A stretch of 64,000 nucleotides of DNA, taken from contig CANNAM010000008.1 in the NCBI GenBank assembly GCA_947502595.1, positions 37,473 to 101,472 of the forward strand, in the 5' to 3' direction. Source of the stretch: an uncultured Marinicella sp. (GTDB taxonomy: Bacteria; Pseudomonadota; Gammaproteobacteria; Xanthomonadales; Marinicellaceae). Below, piece after piece: positions 33,791-43,861 of the stretch. The notes under the pieces are model-generated. The model did not search any database. It was given only the letters and a program-made list of their open reading frames with translations, and was not told the origin of the DNA. The translations under genes and the position numbers were made by a program. The number at the start of each line of letters is the position of its first letter. Positions within the stretch are counted from its first letter, which is position 1.

Positions 33791-35734
33791 TCAATCGTTT
33801 GATTCAAAGGCGTCTTTGAAAATCAAATCAATATTCCATTTGACCAGTGCACGACAAATTTGTGGCTGGCTCGCGGCAGTAAAATCAAAACGGATGCGAT
33901 CAGTGCCAGTGGTTTGAGTTGGTAAAGTGAAGCTGATAGCGCCATTGTTATCCGAATTCAAATTTTGTGAATAACCGGTATTGGGCCCTTGCGTTACTTG
34001 CAAAGTCACATTGCGACTTGTGATGGGGCTGCCATTAAGGTCATGCAAGTATAAGGGCAAAGCCGGGTTGTGGTTGTCGGCGTTTAAAATTTCGGTAAAA
34101 AATCGGGTGTGACAATAACGACTGATGCTGGTAATTTGATTGATGTCAATGTCGGTATTGATGGTTTGAAATTCGCCATCTGGCCATGTGATTTCAATGT
34201 GGTTGATTTGGCTGTCTGTGCCAAGCCCAAAATGCTGGGTCAGGGGGTTATTGGAGACATAGTTATTGCCAACCGTGTGTTCGCGCAATTGAGTTGATGT
34301 TGGCGTAGCGACTGAAATTTTGGCATGGTAGGCATAGGGGTTGCTGCCGGTGTCAAACAGTTTAATGGCAAGGTGGTTGTGGCTGTCATCACTGAGGTTT
34401 TGGTACAGGCGGTAGGGGGCATTATTTGGCATAACTAAAATGTCAATGTCTCCGTCAAGGTCGTAATCAACACAACTGATGCCACGGCCTTGACCGGTGT
34501 GATTTAAGCCGTTGGCCACTGCTGATTCAGTAAAAGTGCCGTCACCATTGGCCATGTACAATCGCGCCGGGTCTTGGTGAAAATCTTCGGCCAATATTGG
34601 CGTGGTAAAGCCATTCTCATGGTATATGTCCAGCTGTCCGTCGTTGTTGAAATCAGCAAAGCAGGCGCCCCATCCCCAATAACCATAACGCAGCCCAGCT
34701 TCATCGGTGGCATCCTCAAAACCGTCAACAGGGTTACCCGTGCCGGTGTTCCTGTACAAGCGGTTGCCTGACACGCCCCAGTTGGCTTCTGCCACGCCAT
34801 CAGGGTCCCAAATGCTGGTCACAAACCAGTCTAAATCACCGTCATTGTCATAGTCTGCAACTGCTGCACCCATGCCGTTTTCATCGGTTATGAATTGGGG
34901 TTGTAAAATTTGGAAGGTATAAGGGTAGCCTGGTGCAGAGGTGCTGTAAAAAATGCGGGTGGTGCCAAAGTCAGAAGTGAGCAGCACGTCCAGGCGTCCA
35001 TCGTTGTTTATATCAGTAAGGTTTGGGGTGAATGTCCACTTTTCAAAGTTGGCATTTTGTGTGGGGTGTAAATAAGCCCCTGAATTTGCTGGTCCGGATG
35101 TGGCGTCGGTGAAGTGGCCAAAGCCGTCGTTGTTCCAAAACAGTTGTTTGCTGGTGGTTTCATCGGCGCTCCAATGAGTCATGACCAAATCCAAATCGCC
35201 GTCATTATCCAAATCACCAAAAGTGCCTGAATAACTGGCCATGCCTGAAGTGAAACCTGAGTTCATTGATTCTACAAAGCTGCCATTGCCCAAGTTAATA
35301 AATAATCGAGGTCGATTTTCTGGGCTGTCACCATTGTTGGTCATTTGACCTTCTTTGTTGACTGAGAACACCAGTAAGTCCAGATCAAAGTCACCATCTA
35401 CATCAGCAAACACCGGACCTGAGCCCAAAATATCAAATAAGTCTACACCCGCAAAAGTGGCCACATCAACAAACTGACCTTTGCCTTGATTGCGGTACAA
35501 AGCATTGTGTTGGTTGGCCCCACCAAGCAGATAAAAGTCAGGGTAACCATCAAAATCATAATCCGCCACTGCGCCCCCAGCCCCAATCACCGTTGGTTCC
35601 CCTTGTCGTTCAGCTTGATTAGAATGGCTTAAGTTGATGCCACTTTGTGCGGTTACCTCTTGAAACAGTTGTGCTTGAACTGAGTTCGATAAAAGCACAT
35701 AAAACAGCCCAGCTTGGATGATTTTAAAAGTCAT
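33791..35734 (-). CDS. CRTAC1/ASPIC-UnbV family FG-GAP repeat protein, exported
   Basis: Repeated DxDxDGDxD FG-GAP/VCBS calcium-binding motifs. UnbV-like VSNNPLTQHFGLG...IEITWPDGE. Signal peptide from ATG 35734. Extra C-terminal domain ending LIFKDAFESND. Confidence 0.8.
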   Translation of the reverse strand: MTFKIIQAGLFYVLLSNSVQAQLFQEVTAQSGINLSHSNQAERQGEPTVIGAGGAVADYDFDGYPDFYLLGGANQHNALYRNQGKGQFVDVATFAGVDLFDILGSGPVFADVDGDFDLDLLVFSVNKEGQMTNNGDSPENRPRLFINLGNGSFVESMNSGFTSGMASYSGTFGDLDNDGDLDLVMTHWSADETTSKQLFWNNDGFGHFTDATSGPANSGAYLHPTQNANFEKWTFTPNLTDINNDGRLDVLLTSDFGTTRIFYSTSAPGYPYTFQILQPQFITDENGMGAAVADYDNDGDLDWFVTSIWDPDGVAEANWGVSGNRLYRNTGTGNPVDGFEDATDEAGLRYGYWGWGACFADFNNDGQLDIYHENGFTTPILAEDFHQDPARLYMANGDGTFTESAVANGLNHTGQGRGISCVDYDLDGDIDILVMPNNAPYRLYQNLSDDSHNHLAIKLFDTGSNPYAYHAKISVATPTSTQLREHTVGNNYVSNNPLTQHFGLGTDSQINHIEITWPDGEFQTINTDIDINQITSISRYCHTRFFTEILNADNHNPALPLYLHDLNGSPITSRNVTLQVTQGPNTGYSQNLNSDNNGAISFTLPTQTTGTDRIRFDFTAASQPQICRALVKWNIDLIFKDAFESND

Positions 35735-36016
35735 GATATGGCAATTGCTCAATCGGACTTGGTTGCAACCCAAGGTGGGTATTTTGCTGACAGTCAAGCG
35801 TGGCTTTATCAATCATGCGCTGCGCAAGTGTTGGTATGAAATTGCAGGGTTGTTGATTGATTGGCATTGTGAAGCGTAAAAACATTAAATAACGTACTGG
35901 TTATAGCAAAAACGACCTGCTGAAAGCAATCTCTATTCAAGTAACTGCAAGAAATTGTGTTGAATTTGTGCGCAAATTCAGGAAACACCCTGTACGGTTG
36001 CTGATTTGCGTTGCAG

Positions 36017-38563
36017 TTACTCTATAACTATTTCTTTGGCTGGTGGTCTCAGGTTGTACTGTGATGCCATGACTGCGCCATAAGCGCCTGTGTTGGCCAC
36101 TAAAATGATGTCTCCAGACAGGGTTTTCGGCATTTTTCGGTCGATGCCTAAAATGTCACCGGATTCACACATTGGTCCGACTATATTTGCTGTGTATTCA
36201 GTGGCTTGGGATAAATGTGTTAAGTTCACAATGTTATGCCACGCGCCGTAAAGTGCGGGTCTGATCAACGAATTCATTCCGGTTTCTATGCCAATGTAGC
36301 CATGCTTGTCTTTCCATTTGGTTTGAGTGACTTTGGCCAGTAAAACCCCGCAGTGGGCAGTGAGAAAACGTCCAGGTTCCATCCACAGCTGGGTGCCTGG
36401 GTGGGCTGTTTTGAAGGCCAGTAGTGCAGAGTTCAGTGCATCTATATCCAGGCCTAAATCGCCAGGGTTTTCTCTTATACCTAAGCCACCACCCACATTA
36501 ACAATGTTGGCATCTGGAAAATACCCCAAACAATTGCCAAGATATTCAGCTATATTGGACCAGTTGTTGTGATCTAAAATGCCGCTGCCGGCGTGTGCAT
36601 GCAGGCCTATTACTTTGATGTGGTGGTTTTTACACCATTGAGCAATGGGCTCAATATCAGTAGCAGGGATGCCAAATTTTGAATGGTTGCCGGCAGTTCG
36701 AACATAGCGATGATGACCGCTGCCATGGCCTGGGTCGAGACGCAAGATGATGGATTGATGGCTGAATAATTCAGGGTGATCAAATAACAAACTTGGGTTG
36801 TCAATGGTTACATAATAGCCTTGCCTCAAGGCTGGCTTGTATTCTTCTATTGGCGCAAAATTCGGGGTAAACAAAAGGGCATCAGCTGAGATGTCAGTGC
36901 AGCTGTCTAGTACCCTGTTGATTTCACCTGGTGAAACAGTTTCAAGACTCACACCATTTTGATGAATGAAGTTCAATAATGTTGGGTGTGAATTGGCCTT
37001 GCAGGCATAAAAGAATCGATCCACCGCTGTGATTTTCTGCAACTGTTGAATTTGCTGTTTAATGGTTGGTAGGTGGTAAACATAGCAAGGTGAATGTTCA
37101 GCCGCCAGTGCCAGCAGTTCGGCTTGATAAGTTCGCCACCAAGCTTGAATTTTTCCAGGTGTTTGGGGTTTGGATTGAACCAATTCAGCCCAAGTGGGAC
37201 CAAAATCATCGATTTCATTGTCTTCTATTATCAACACTTCATGCAAGGCTCGAACCAATTTATCGGCCTGGTCCTCGTCAACCACGAATGTTTGGTTCAG
37301 GTCATTGGATGATTGGCTGGTGATGTAGACTCTTTGGTCTGCAAAAGTAGCCAGCACAGGTGCAATTTTATCAGCCAAAGCGCGGATACGGTATCCGACC
37401 AGGGTGACGGCTGAGCAATTTTTATAAATTTCAACTTCACACAAAGGCGATAAAGCCGTCTTCAATCGATCCAATAGCTCAGTGGAGAGTACATTGTCCA
37501 CAGCATCCAAAGAAATGGTTATGTTGGTTTGAGCGGTTGATACCAGGTCTACTGACAGGCCTAAGCTTTTATATATGTTGAAGACATCACCCATAAAACC
37601 GGCTTGGTGCCACATGTGAATGGACTCCATTGATACCAAGGTGATTTGATGGCGACTGTTGATGGCGGACACCCTGGGTTTTTTTGGGCTGTGCTCAGGT
37701 GCCAATACAGTGCCTTGTGCGTTGGGGTGATTGGTGTTTTTAATCAACAATGGAATACCGTGCTGTTCGACTGGCATAATGCAACGGGGGTGCAGTACTT
37801 TGCCGCCACTGGCAGCAATTTCACGTGCTTCCTGATAGCCTAACTCCAACAACAAACGGGCGTTTGGAATGTTGTGCGGATTGGCGCTGAATATGCCATG
37901 AACATCGGTCCAAATTTCTAACCGCTGGGCAGCCAGTTTGACTGCCATATAGGCGGCACTGGTATCAGATCCGCCGCGACCCAATAACACGGTCTTGCCA
38001 TCTGCATTGCTGGCAAAAAAACCAGGCATTAAATAGAAATTTTCTGACAGCTGGGTGTTGATGTTGGCGTCTGCTTGGACTTCGCATTTGGCGGACAGAA
38101 TTTGTGCTTCCGTGTTTCTTTTGTCTTGCTTTGAGCTGATCAGCCATTGTTTGGGGTTTAGGCTGTGAACTTCAGTTTGTTTTTTGAGGTAAGCCAGGAC
38201 AATTTGGTGTGTGCTTTGTTCGCCCAGGGCCAACAGTTCAGCTTGCTGCCAAATATTCAGAGAGTCATTAAGATCCAATGACCGCAGCTGCTGTAACTCT
38301 GTGCTGATGACTTGGATGTCAATGTCAAGCTGGTCAGCAAGCGCACTGATTTTTTTCAGAAACATGGAGAATACTGATTGCTGGGTGGTGATTTTTGTGG
38401 TCAATAGGTCTGTGATGCCTTGGGCAGCTGAATGCACCAGTACAACTTGATGGCCCTCAGCAACTCTTGTTTTGACTACGTGTAATATACTCAGCCATTT
38501 TTTGGCACTGGAAACGGAAGTTCCACCAAATTTCAACACCACCCATGAGTTCAAAACATTCAC
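36017..38563 (-). CDS. lysAC: Bifunctional aspartate kinase / diaminopimelate decarboxylase
   Basis: N-terminal LKFGGTS and GRGGSDTSA (aspartokinase). The C-terminal ~400 aa is an Orn/DAP/Arg decarboxylase fold (GGGLGI, EPGRFL, CESGD). Confidence 0.88.
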   Translation of the reverse strand: MNVLNSWVVLKFGGTSVSSAKKWLSILHVVKTRVAEGHQVVLVHSAAQGITDLLTTKITTQQSVFSMFLKKISALADQLDIDIQVISTELQQLRSLDLNDSLNIWQQAELLALGEQSTHQIVLAYLKKQTEVHSLNPKQWLISSKQDKRNTEAQILSAKCEVQADANINTQLSENFYLMPGFFASNADGKTVLLGRGGSDTSAAYMAVKLAAQRLEIWTDVHGIFSANPHNIPNARLLLELGYQEAREIAASGGKVLHPRCIMPVEQHGIPLLIKNTNHPNAQGTVLAPEHSPKKPRVSAINSRHQITLVSMESIHMWHQAGFMGDVFNIYKSLGLSVDLVSTAQTNITISLDAVDNVLSTELLDRLKTALSPLCEVEIYKNCSAVTLVGYRIRALADKIAPVLATFADQRVYITSQSSNDLNQTFVVDEDQADKLVRALHEVLIIEDNEIDDFGPTWAELVQSKPQTPGKIQAWWRTYQAELLALAAEHSPCYVYHLPTIKQQIQQLQKITAVDRFFYACKANSHPTLLNFIHQNGVSLETVSPGEINRVLDSCTDISADALLFTPNFAPIEEYKPALRQGYYVTIDNPSLLFDHPELFSHQSIILRLDPGHGSGHHRYVRTAGNHSKFGIPATDIEPIAQWCKNHHIKVIGLHAHAGSGILDHNNWSNIAEYLGNCLGYFPDANIVNVGGGLGIRENPGDLGLDIDALNSALLAFKTAHPGTQLWMEPGRFLTAHCGVLLAKVTQTKWKDKHGYIGIETGMNSLIRPALYGAWHNIVNLTHLSQATEYTANIVGPMCESGDILGIDRKMPKTLSGDIILVANTGAYGAVMASQYNLRPPAKEIVIE

Positions 38564-38681
38564 CTTTTAAAGAGGTTAAAAAAGGTAAACTTTAGGGAAA
38601 AAGGAAATTTCATGCAAGTAAAATCGCTTGGATTCGGATAATATACTTCTAGGTTTAAAGACATTGAGATAAAAGATATTT

Positions 38682-41051
38682 ATGATTGAGTTGACGAAAT
38701 TAAATTGGCAAGACGTTAGGTGGCAGTGTGATGCCAAGCAATTAGGCTTTAAAACAACCAAAGAAGTTGAGCCTTATGAGGTTATTGTGGGGCAGGAAGA
38801 TGCTTTGGATGCCTTGGAATTTGCAATTGAGTGCAGGGCCTATGGACAAAATGTTTATGTTCGTGGCCTCAGCGGTGCGGGTCGAATGAGCATGGTGTCA
38901 AAAATTTTAGCAGAAGCCAAGCCACAAGTTTCAGAAAAAACAGAACATTGTTATGTGGCTAATTTCAGACAGCCTGATAGGCCGAATTTAATCAGTTTGC
39001 CAGCCGGTCAAGGCAGTCAGTTTAAGGCAATGATGGCGACTTTGAGCAGCTATTTTGCTGATGAGTTAACCAAAGCTTTGGAGTCTGAGTCTTTGTTAGA
39101 AGAGAAAAGTCGTGCTGAAGAAAAATTACAAGCAAAAATCAAAAAGTTGACCGACCCCTTTGAGAAAAAATTGGCTCAACACAACTTGGCCATGGTCAAT
39201 GTCAACACCCAGCAAGGTCAACAAACCATCATTGCACCAGTTATCAATGATGAGGTTATAGATCCCAATCTCTGGCAGCAAAAAGTGGCTGCTGGGGCAA
39301 TTTCAGCAGCACAACAAAAAAACCTGATGCAAGCACAAAAAACGCACAGCAAAGAGCTTGAGGAGATGGGTCGCAAAGTCAATGACATCCGCGAGCAAAG
39401 CATCAATGAAGTTAAAGGTATGCTTGAAATTCATATCAGTGGTTTAATTGATACGGCCATGAAAGCCATTAAAAAAACCTTCAAGAGCCAACAGGTTTTG
39501 GGTTTCCTCAGTGCAGTGAAAGCCGATTTAATCGAACAATTTTTTTATAAGAAATCGAAGAAATTTGATCCCAGAGAACGCTATGGAGTGAATTTGCTGT
39601 TGTCACTGGAGGCGGATCAAAACTGCCCGGTGGTGGTTGAACGGGTACCTTCTTTACAAAATTTACTAGGCTCAATTGAAAGTAAGTGGGGTGAAAATGG
39701 CCCAGTTTTGGCAGACCACATGAGTATAGTCGCTGGTTCTTTGTTGCGTGCAGATGGTGGTTATTTGGTGTTAGATGCCCGCGATGTATTGGCCGAGCCT
39801 GGTGCTTGGAAAACCATGATTCGCACCATCAAAAATGAATTGCTGGAAATTGTTCCGGCCGAAATGAGTTGGCCTTTTGGTCAACCGTCTTTGAAGCCAG
39901 ACCCAATCCCGGTTAGCATGCGGGTGATTTTGATTGGCGATGCGAGCATTTATTATTATTTAGATAATCAGGATCCAGACTTTCCAGAATTGTTCAAGGT
40001 ATTGGCAGATTTTGATTCGGTGATTGAGCGCAATCAAAACGGCTTTGAAAGTTACGCAGGAATCATAGCCAAAATTATTCGGGATGATGGCTTGATGCCG
40101 TTCAATGCTGAAGCTGTGGCTAGATTGATAGAGCATGGTGCCAGGGTTTGTTCACAACAAGGCAAGTTAACAGCCAGGTTTTCTCGGGTTGCAGATTTAG
40201 CCCGTGAAGGTAATTATTTGGCCAGTAAAGCCAACAAAAAAGTGGTGACTGGTGAGCATGTAGTGCGGGCCATTGCCCGCACTAAAAAACGCGCTGGATT
40301 GCCTTCGAGAAAATTCCAAGAAAGGCTGCAAGACGGTACCATTAATTTGGAAACAGCAGGTTTAACAGTCGGCCAAATCAATGGTCTGGCTGTTATTCAT
40401 GCAGGGCCAGTGGTCTATGGCTTTCCCTCAAGAATCACCACCACCATAGGTGCAGGTAGGGCTGGAGTTATCGATATTGAAGGCATGTCCGGTAAGTCAG
40501 GTTCTATACACACCAAAGGTTTCCATATTTTGGGTGGTTTGTTGCGATATATGCTGCCGGTTGAGCACCCTTTGACATTTTCAGCATCCATTGCTTTTGA
40601 GCAAAGTTATGGTGGGATTGATGGTGACTCAGCATCAGGTGCAGAGTTCTGTTGTTTAATTTCTGCATTAACGCAAGTGCCAATCAACCAAGGTTTTGCA
40701 ATGACTGGTGCCATAGACCAACATGGAAGGGTGCAAGCCATCGGTGGTGTTAATGAAAAGATAGAAGGGTTTTTTGATACCTGTAACCACCGTGGCCTAA
40801 CTGGTCAACAAGGGGTGATTATTCCACTGTCAAATGCTGGTGAACTGATGTTGCGCGCTGATGTGCAACAAGCGTGCAAGGAAGGTAATTTTGCTGTGCA
40901 TGCAGTGAGCCACATAACTGAGGCCATGGAAGTACTGATGGGGCAGCCGGCTGGGGTTTTAATTAATGGGGTGTATGCCGAAAATACATTAATGGATCAG
41001 GCCATGAAAATGGCTAAAAAATACTGGCAAAACACGCAAGCCAAAGGTTAG
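38682..41051 (+). CDS. Lon-like protease family protein (AAA-like N-domain with coiled-coil insertion plus Lon proteolytic domain)
   Basis: P-loop-like GLSGAGRMS, a long charged helical insert, and a C-terminal Lon_C-like region with DGDSASGAE (Ser) and GGVNEKIEGF (Lys). Confidence 0.75.
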   Translation: MIELTKLNWQDVRWQCDAKQLGFKTTKEVEPYEVIVGQEDALDALEFAIECRAYGQNVYVRGLSGAGRMSMVSKILAEAKPQVSEKTEHCYVANFRQPDRPNLISLPAGQGSQFKAMMATLSSYFADELTKALESESLLEEKSRAEEKLQAKIKKLTDPFEKKLAQHNLAMVNVNTQQGQQTIIAPVINDEVIDPNLWQQKVAAGAISAAQQKNLMQAQKTHSKELEEMGRKVNDIREQSINEVKGMLEIHISGLIDTAMKAIKKTFKSQQVLGFLSAVKADLIEQFFYKKSKKFDPRERYGVNLLLSLEADQNCPVVVERVPSLQNLLGSIESKWGENGPVLADHMSIVAGSLLRADGGYLVLDARDVLAEPGAWKTMIRTIKNELLEIVPAEMSWPFGQPSLKPDPIPVSMRVILIGDASIYYYLDNQDPDFPELFKVLADFDSVIERNQNGFESYAGIIAKIIRDDGLMPFNAEAVARLIEHGARVCSQQGKLTARFSRVADLAREGNYLASKANKKVVTGEHVVRAIARTKKRAGLPSRKFQERLQDGTINLETAGLTVGQINGLAVIHAGPVVYGFPSRITTTIGAGRAGVIDIEGMSGKSGSIHTKGFHILGGLLRYMLPVEHPLTFSASIAFEQSYGGIDGDSASGAEFCCLISALTQVPINQGFAMTGAIDQHGRVQAIGGVNEKIEGFFDTCNHRGLTGQQGVIIPLSNAGELMLRADVQQACKEGNFAVHAVSHITEAMEVLMGQPAGVLINGVYAENTLMDQAMKMAKKYWQNTQAKG

Positions 41052-41190
41052 AATTGTGACCCGCATCACAAAGGCTTGATTATTTTTTAAGAAAACGCCA
41101 TATCTCTATGATATTGCTTGAACTTTTAAAATCAATTTGATAGTATTATAGTGGCGGGAAACTATTTCTAATTCAGCTTGTCTGAATGCA

Positions 41191-41973
41191 TTGGAATTAA
41201 CATTGAGGAAGCAGCTGTTGTTTAAAACATTTATCAAGATAACTGGCTTAGGATTACTGGTCTTAAACGGAACTGCTTGGGCTGATGATTTAAAAGCATT
41301 CAAACCATTTGATCTGGCGGTAAACAAAGTGGCTTCATCCTCAAACCTGCCGTTTGGTGAATTTGATCAGAGCACTTTGATAGGCACTGAATTTTCCACT
41401 GGTTTTGATTTTTTGTCACCGCAAAACAATGGTTATCACTTATCTAAACGCAGCCAAGGTGTCTTTGGAGATGAATTGGTATTGGGCATGAAGTTTGCTG
41501 ATTGGCTGACTCTGCGTTTGAATGTGATTGAAGACAATAATTCAACCCAACTGTTTTCTCGGGTACATAGTTTGAATCTTAAGCCGTCTGATTCTGATTT
41601 GGCTGGTTATCAGTTTGGTGTCAGTTCAGTCATGAGCATCAGCAACAATTGGCGCTTGGGATTTGATTTAGGTAAAGGTCGGATTGGCGGTGATTTGCTT
41701 GGATTGTATCAAGATCAGTTAGAAACCACCTCATTGGGTTTTGGTATCAGAAATAAAAAGTTTGGTGCAACTTTTCAATCAGATTTTATGAATTCCGAAT
41801 CAAACAGTGATATAGATCAAGCCACCATGGATTTGCAAGTCGATTGGCATTTCACTAAAGATGGCACCATTTCATTTGGAGCGCGTCGCAGTATCAATGA
41901 ACACACCGCTACTAATACATTAGATCAATTGTCAGGAACTGTGCCTTACATTAAATTTAAACATAATTTATAG
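41191..41973 (+). CDS. Hypothetical exported protein, possibly an outer-membrane beta-barrel
   Basis: TTG start and signal-like LGLLVLNGTAWA. Alternating hydrophobic beta-strand pattern. No recognisable motif. Confidence 0.4.
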   Translation: MELTLRKQLLFKTFIKITGLGLLVLNGTAWADDLKAFKPFDLAVNKVASSSNLPFGEFDQSTLIGTEFSTGFDFLSPQNNGYHLSKRSQGVFGDELVLGMKFADWLTLRLNVIEDNNSTQLFSRVHSLNLKPSDSDLAGYQFGVSSVMSISNNWRLGFDLGKGRIGGDLLGLYQDQLETTSLGFGIRNKKFGATFQSDFMNSESNSDIDQATMDLQVDWHFTKDGTISFGARRSINEHTATNTLDQLSGTVPYIKFKHNL

Positions 41974-42082
41974 TCTCATCGAATTGTTCATACAACGCCC
42001 TAAATTCAGGCAATTGGCAGCAGCTTTGGCGCCAGCATATTCCATTTATTTGTTTGTATACTCACGATTGACTCATCAATTT

Positions 42083-42727
42083 ATGCCAAGTCCTGTATTG
42101 TCAAAAGACCAAAGTTATTGGGTAGCCAGCAGATTCAATCAAGGCAGCATTAATAAGGGCTATCAAATATGTTGTTTAATACTCTTCATGATTGTGCTTT
42201 CTGCTTGCCAACCTAAAGTTGGTATTAAGCCATACTCAGAACCTAATTTGGTTGATTTTACTGAGATAAATACGTATCAATTTACCGGAAAAATATCCTT
42301 TTCAGATGGTCAAGAAGGTGGTTCTGGCAGTGTGCGATGGCGTTTTTCAAACGGTTCAACCGAGGCAAAAATCAAAGCACCTTTGGGCAGTAAGAGTTGG
42401 CAAATCACAGCAACTCAAGATGGTGCAGAGCTGCGCAGCAATGGAGGTGAAGTTTACCGTGGACATTCAGCTCAAGAGTTGCTTGAACAACAGGTGGGTT
42501 GGTCAGTGCCATGGCAACAGTTGCGTCAATGGGTGGTTGGGCAACCGGGCGATGCAAGATTGGCAACAGTCACCTGGGTGGATCAAGACAGTTATCAAAT
42601 TATTGAAACCGGTTGGGTGATTCAATACAGCAGGATAAAACCTCATTTAGATGGTTTTTTACCACATAAAATGGTGGCCAGAAATGGTGATTATTCAATC
42701 AAACTAAGCATACGGAATTGGCAGTGA
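42083..42727 (+). CDS. lolB: Outer-membrane lipoprotein LolB
   Basis: Lipobox LSAC; FTGKISFSDG...WRF...WQI...VPWQQLRQWVVGQPG resembles LolB. Conserved position before ispE. The start is uncertain: ATG at 42083 gives a 42-aa leader, while an in-frame ATT at 42149 preceded by AAGG would give a canonical 20-aa lipoprotein signal. Confidence 0.7.
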   Translation: MPSPVLSKDQSYWVASRFNQGSINKGYQICCLILFMIVLSACQPKVGIKPYSEPNLVDFTEINTYQFTGKISFSDGQEGGSGSVRWRFSNGSTEAKIKAPLGSKSWQITATQDGAELRSNGGEVYRGHSAQELLEQQVGWSVPWQQLRQWVVGQPGDARLATVTWVDQDSYQIIETGWVIQYSRIKPHLDGFLPHKMVARNGDYSIKLSIRNWQ

Positions 42728-43563
42728 AAGACAATTACTTAAGTGCTCAATCAATACTCAGTCCGGCGAAAATAAATTTAATGCTCAGAATCTTGGGTCA
42801 AAGAGGCGATGGTTACCACCAACTACAAACTTGTTTTCAGCTACTTGATTGGGGTGATGTGATGACTTTTGAGCGCACCAATGAATCCGGCAGTAACCAA
42901 CTTCATATCAGTGGATTTGCTGAACTCGAGCAACAAGATAACCTAATATATAAAGCAGCAATGATGCTTAAGCCTTGGGCTCAGAATGAGTCTGACTGGA
43001 CAGTTAAAGTAGAAAAAAATATACCCTTGGGTGCGGGTTTAGGTGGAGGCAGCTCAAATGCTGCGACCACATTGAAGTTTTTAAATGAAGCGTGGCAATG
43101 TGACTTAAGCCTTAATGATCTGCTCGTCATGGCTTTGAAATTGGGTGCAGATGTACCAGTTTTTGTATTGGGTCGTAGTGCTTTGGCGAATGGTATTGGT
43201 GAGATTTTATCCCCAGTTAAGTTCTCAACACCTTATGTACTGTTGCTGTTCTCTGATACCCACATCAATACAGCAGAACTTTTTAAAGTACCTTCCTTGG
43301 TTAGAAATCAAAGGCCGCTAGAGGTGGATGTATTGCAACAAAAAACCTTTTGGATCAATGATTTTTTCCCTGTGGTTTTGGCAAATTACACATCAATAAA
43401 TGTTGTTTACCAAGCATTGAAAAATGCCATGAATCTACGCTTATCCGGGACTGGTGCCACCATGTATGCTTTATTTGATGATCGCAAGGAAGCTGAACAA
43501 GCGCAACAAATAGCAGTAAAAATATGTAATACAATATTGGTTGAACCCAAGCCATATTTGTAA
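42718..43563 (+). CDS. ispE: 4-diphosphocytidyl-2-C-methyl-D-erythritol kinase
   Basis: PAKINLMLRILGQRGDGYH and the GHMP kinase motif PLGAGLGGGSSNAA. The start is TTG 42718 or GTG 42724, overlapping the lolB stop. Confidence 0.93.
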   Translation: MAVKDNYLSAQSILSPAKINLMLRILGQRGDGYHQLQTCFQLLDWGDVMTFERTNESGSNQLHISGFAELEQQDNLIYKAAMMLKPWAQNESDWTVKVEKNIPLGAGLGGGSSNAATTLKFLNEAWQCDLSLNDLLVMALKLGADVPVFVLGRSALANGIGEILSPVKFSTPYVLLLFSDTHINTAELFKVPSLVRNQRPLEVDVLQQKTFWINDFFPVVLANYTSINVVYQALKNAMNLRLSGTGATMYALFDDRKEAEQAQQIAVKICNTILVEPKPYL

Positions 43564-43634
43564 AATATCTGAAGTGGTGTATATCAGTGTGGTTTTATTA
43601 TTTAAAAAAACCACATAAATTTAGATTTTTGGCT

Positions 43635-43662
43635 TTGCATTAAAAATTTATCTGGTTATAAT
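43635..43662 (+). promoter_or_regulatory. Candidate sigma-70 promoter for tRNA-Gln
   Basis: TTGCAT-N16-TATAAT followed by a GC-rich discriminator (GCCGCC), about 70 nt upstream of the tRNA. Confidence 0.5.
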
Positions 43663-43731
43663 ATGCCGCCTTTGACGCAGATTGTAATGCGTTAAGAGCT
43701 CAGAGTTGCAGCGTAAAGTTGACTCGTGAAT

Positions 43732-43807
43732 TGGGATGTCGCCAAGTGGTTAAGGCACCAGGTTTTGATCCTGGCATTCGAAGGTTCGAATCCTTCCATC
43801 CCAGCCA
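43732..43807 (+). tRNA. tRNA-Gln (anticodon UUG)
   Basis: Cloverleaf folded by hand: acceptor TGGGATG/CATCCCA, anticodon stem CCAGG/CCTGG with loop TTTTGAT, T-arm GAAGG-TTCGAAT-CCTTC, encoded GCCA end. Close to E. coli tRNA-Gln. Confidence 0.93.
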
Positions 43808-43817
43808 TATTTTTGTG

Positions 43818-43840
43818 GTGCCTGCGCCCAGCGCGGGCAC
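43818..43840 (+). terminator. GC-rich hairpin after tRNA-Gln (weak terminator or processing site)
   Basis: GTGCCTGCGC-cca-GCGCGGGCAC, a 10-bp stem with one G-U pair. Only a weak T-tract follows. Confidence 0.35.
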
Positions 43841-43861
43841 TCTTGTATCTGAGGCTAAATA

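Noticed and set aside
35771-35782. An IPTL tetrapeptide (SKIPTLG) in the ORF 33791..35812, tempting as an exosortase-H sorting motif.
   Set aside because: It lies in the N-terminal extension upstream of the likely true start (ATG 35734, followed by a signal peptide). It is not at a C-terminus and has no following TM helix or basic cluster. Treated as coincidence.
38564-38681. Possible lysine riboswitch upstream of the aspartokinase fusion gene.
   Set aside because: Only 118 nt separate the divergent start codons, which is too short for an L-box plus two promoters. No conserved L-box helices were recognised.
43732-43807. tRNA-Gln as a possible integration site for a genomic island.
   Set aside because: There is no integrase, no direct repeat of the tRNA 3' end, and the flanks are the conserved ispE and prs genes.
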